From Malacoraja senta (Eukaryota): a stretch of 64,000 nucleotides of DNA. The notes under the pieces are model-generated. The model made no database searches. It was given only the letters and a program-made list of their open reading frames with translations, and had not been told where the DNA came from. Where the stretch lies: NCBI GenBank assembly GCA_038087875.1, contig CM075994.1, positions 1,924,001 through 1,988,000 of the forward strand, given 5' to 3'. Made by a program: the position numbers and the translations under genes. Positions 61,495 to 64,000 of the stretch are shown piece by piece (positions within the stretch are counted from its first letter, which is position 1; each line of letters begins with the position of its first letter).

Positions 61495-64000
61495 GGGTTC
61501 TCGGCCTGAAACGTTGCCTAATTTCCTTCGCCTCCATAAGATGCCTGCTGCAACCGCCTGAGTTTCTCCAGCCACTTTTTGTTCTATCCTTCGATTTTCC
61601 AGCATCTGCAAGTTCCTTCTTGAACATAATATGTGAATGCTTCATTGAGCATAATTCTGACTGGTAACTACGCACTTCGTCCGAGCACATTATCGCACGC
61701 GTCATGCAAACCGTCTTCAATGACCACCTAAACTGTCATTTGGCAACCTAAAAAGCTGTCAAGGTTGCCCGGCTGGCAACAGGGAAAAAAGTTAAGCGAG
61801 TGCCCTGAATGAAGGGTTGATTGATTGACCTGTAACCAGTTGTGTACCACAGGGATCGGGTGCTGGGTCCTCACTTTTGTTTGTCCCATAGATGGGTTAA
61901 CATATGATGAGCGTTGATGGCACTGGGCATGTACTGGTGGAGTTTAGAAGGATGAGGGAGGAACCTCATTGAACTTATCAAATAGGGATTGAATGTGGAG
62001 AGGATGTTTCCACTACTGGGAGAGACTAGGATCCAGCAGAAAGAGCGCCACTTAGAAAGAGATGAGGAGGATTTTTGTAGTCAGAGGGTGGTGAATCTGT
62101 GGAATTCTTGACCACAGACAGCTGTTGAGACCAAGTCAATGGATATTTTTAAGGCAGAGATTGACAGATTCTAGATTAGGAGCAGGCCCATTATCCTTTA
62201 TCCATCGTTACTTTTTTTACATATTTGTTCTATACCTCTCAACATCACTGTCTATATCTCTCATTTCCCTTTCCCTGACTCTCAGTCTGAAGAAGGGTCT
62301 CAGCCTTTTTCTCCAAAGACGTTGTCTGACCCACTGAGTTACTCCAGCTTTCTGTCTCTATCTTCGGTCTAAACCAGCATCTGCAGTTCCTTCCACACCG
62401 AGATAGAGGTGGTTACAAGTAGACAGTTCCCTGACAGTACTAACATAGGTGTACAAGCTGGTGAAGAAGGCATATGGCACACATTGCCTTCATCAGACAA
62501 GCTTTTAAGTACAAGAGTTGGGACGTCCTGATGGAGTTGTACAAAACTTCGGGAAGACCACACCTGGAGTATTGTGCAGAGTTCTGGTCGCCAGTCTGTA
62601 TGGAGGATGTGATTAACTTAGCGAAGGTGCAGAAAAGATTCACAAGGACGTTGCTGGGACTGAAAGCTATAAGTGCAGACTTCAGAGGCTGGGCGCAGTT
62701 TTCCCTGAAATGAAGGAGGCTGAGGGGTGATGTTATAGAGGTTTATAAAATCATGAGTGGTATAGATAGTGGAATGAAGCCACTGCTAATACTAAGACAT
62801 TTGGATGGTTCATGGATAGAAAAAGTTTAGGGGGATATGGCTAAACACGGGCATATGGGACCAGTGTAGATGGGGTGTCTTGGTTGGCAGGTTAGTTAGT
62901 CACCAGGGCCTGTTTTTTTTAAGTTTAGTTTAGTTTATTGTCATGTGTACTGAGGTACAATGAAAAGCTTTAATGCCGTGCTAACCAGTCAGCAGAAAAT
63001 ACTCTATATCTGTATGAATCTACAGATATATGACACTGTATGACCACTTTATAATAGTTATTTGACAAAGTGAAATAGTGGCTTGAAGTGATTTTGGCCA
63101 TGGCCTTATTCTGTACCTTAGTAAGTTCTCAAGCAACCCAAACAAAATCAGGAATTCAGCATGGATTAATCATTGCTGACCTACATTCTTGCTCTATGGT
63201 AATGCATTAACTTAACGTAACGTCCTGCTGCTTGCATTGTTGAGAGAACGCAATGCTGCTTGGTTCAATTGACTCCATACCAGTTGGGAATTCATCAAGG
63301 GCCTACACCACGCAAGCAATGCTCCCATTTCACTCTTGCCAAAGGGAAGAAGTTATAGGAGTCTGAAAACTGCTGCAATTCAGCACGAGACCCAGGTTCA
63401 ATCCTGACTACGGGGTGCTGTCTGTAAGGAGTTTGTTCATTCTTCTTGTGTCCACGTACATTTTCTCCAGGTGCTCAAGTTTCCTTCCACATCCCAATGA
63501 CGTAAATTGTCCCAAGGATGTAAGATAGAACTAATGTATGTGATCATTAGTCAGCGTGGATTGGGTGGCCAAAGCACCCATTTCCACCCTGTACTTTTAA
63601 ACTAAACTAAACTACTGAACATGACAAACTCTGAAAAATGAACTGCCTGGGTTGCACCAAGGACTTTGTTTTGTTTTTGTACTATATTGGCTTTTTATGT
63701 ATTGTACTTTATTTGTTTGGTTATTATATTATTTATTGAGTAAGGGCGGCACAGTGGCACAGCGGTAGAGTTGCTGCCTCACAGCGCCAGAGACCCGGGT
63801 TTAATCCTACTGCAGGTGCTGTCTGTACAGAGTTTGTACGTTCACCCTGTGACCATGTAAGTTTTCTCCAGGTGCTCCGGTTTCCTTCCACATTCCAAAG
63901 ACGTACAGGTTTGTAGATGGATTGGCTTTGGGAAAAAATTGTAAATTGTCCCTAGTGTTAGTGTACGGGGTGATCGCTGGTCAGCATGGACTTGGTGGGT

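Noticed and set aside
61495..61820. Tandem duplication of ~60978-61294
   Set aside because: It straddles an N gap and differs mainly by single-base indels, typical of an unmerged contig overlap.

Overview
Repeat-rich vertebrate genomic DNA, most likely a skate or ray. That call is inferred from HE1/V-SINE-like SINEs and the CR1, L1, Rex/Babar and Penelope content. The one recognisable host gene is the 5' part of DOP1A (DOPEY1) on the + strand. It has a CpG-island promoter and probable non-coding first exon at ~16.5-16.9 kb, then eight GT-AG coding exons from 41625 to 58435, and it continues beyond the window. The exon at 57128-57233 has a frameshift that is probably an assembly error. The rest is nested mobile DNA plus two 200-N gaps. 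The most notable items are: (1) a young 666-bp TRIM-like mini LTR element whose primer-binding site extends 32 nt into tRNA-Leu; (2) a 1.2-kb foldback element whose two arms are THAP-domain coding sequence (ISL2EU-like, AT target duplication); (3) head-to-tail non-autonomous Helitron arrays with a covarying 3' hairpin and CTAG end; (4) many Penelope-derived repeats carrying a minimal hammerhead-ribozyme core; (5) uORFs in the DOP1A leader; (6) a 1.55-kb dispersed duplication bracketing the first coding exon; (7) candidate exons of an unidentified divergent minus-strand transcript. All family names come from recalled motifs, not database searches.
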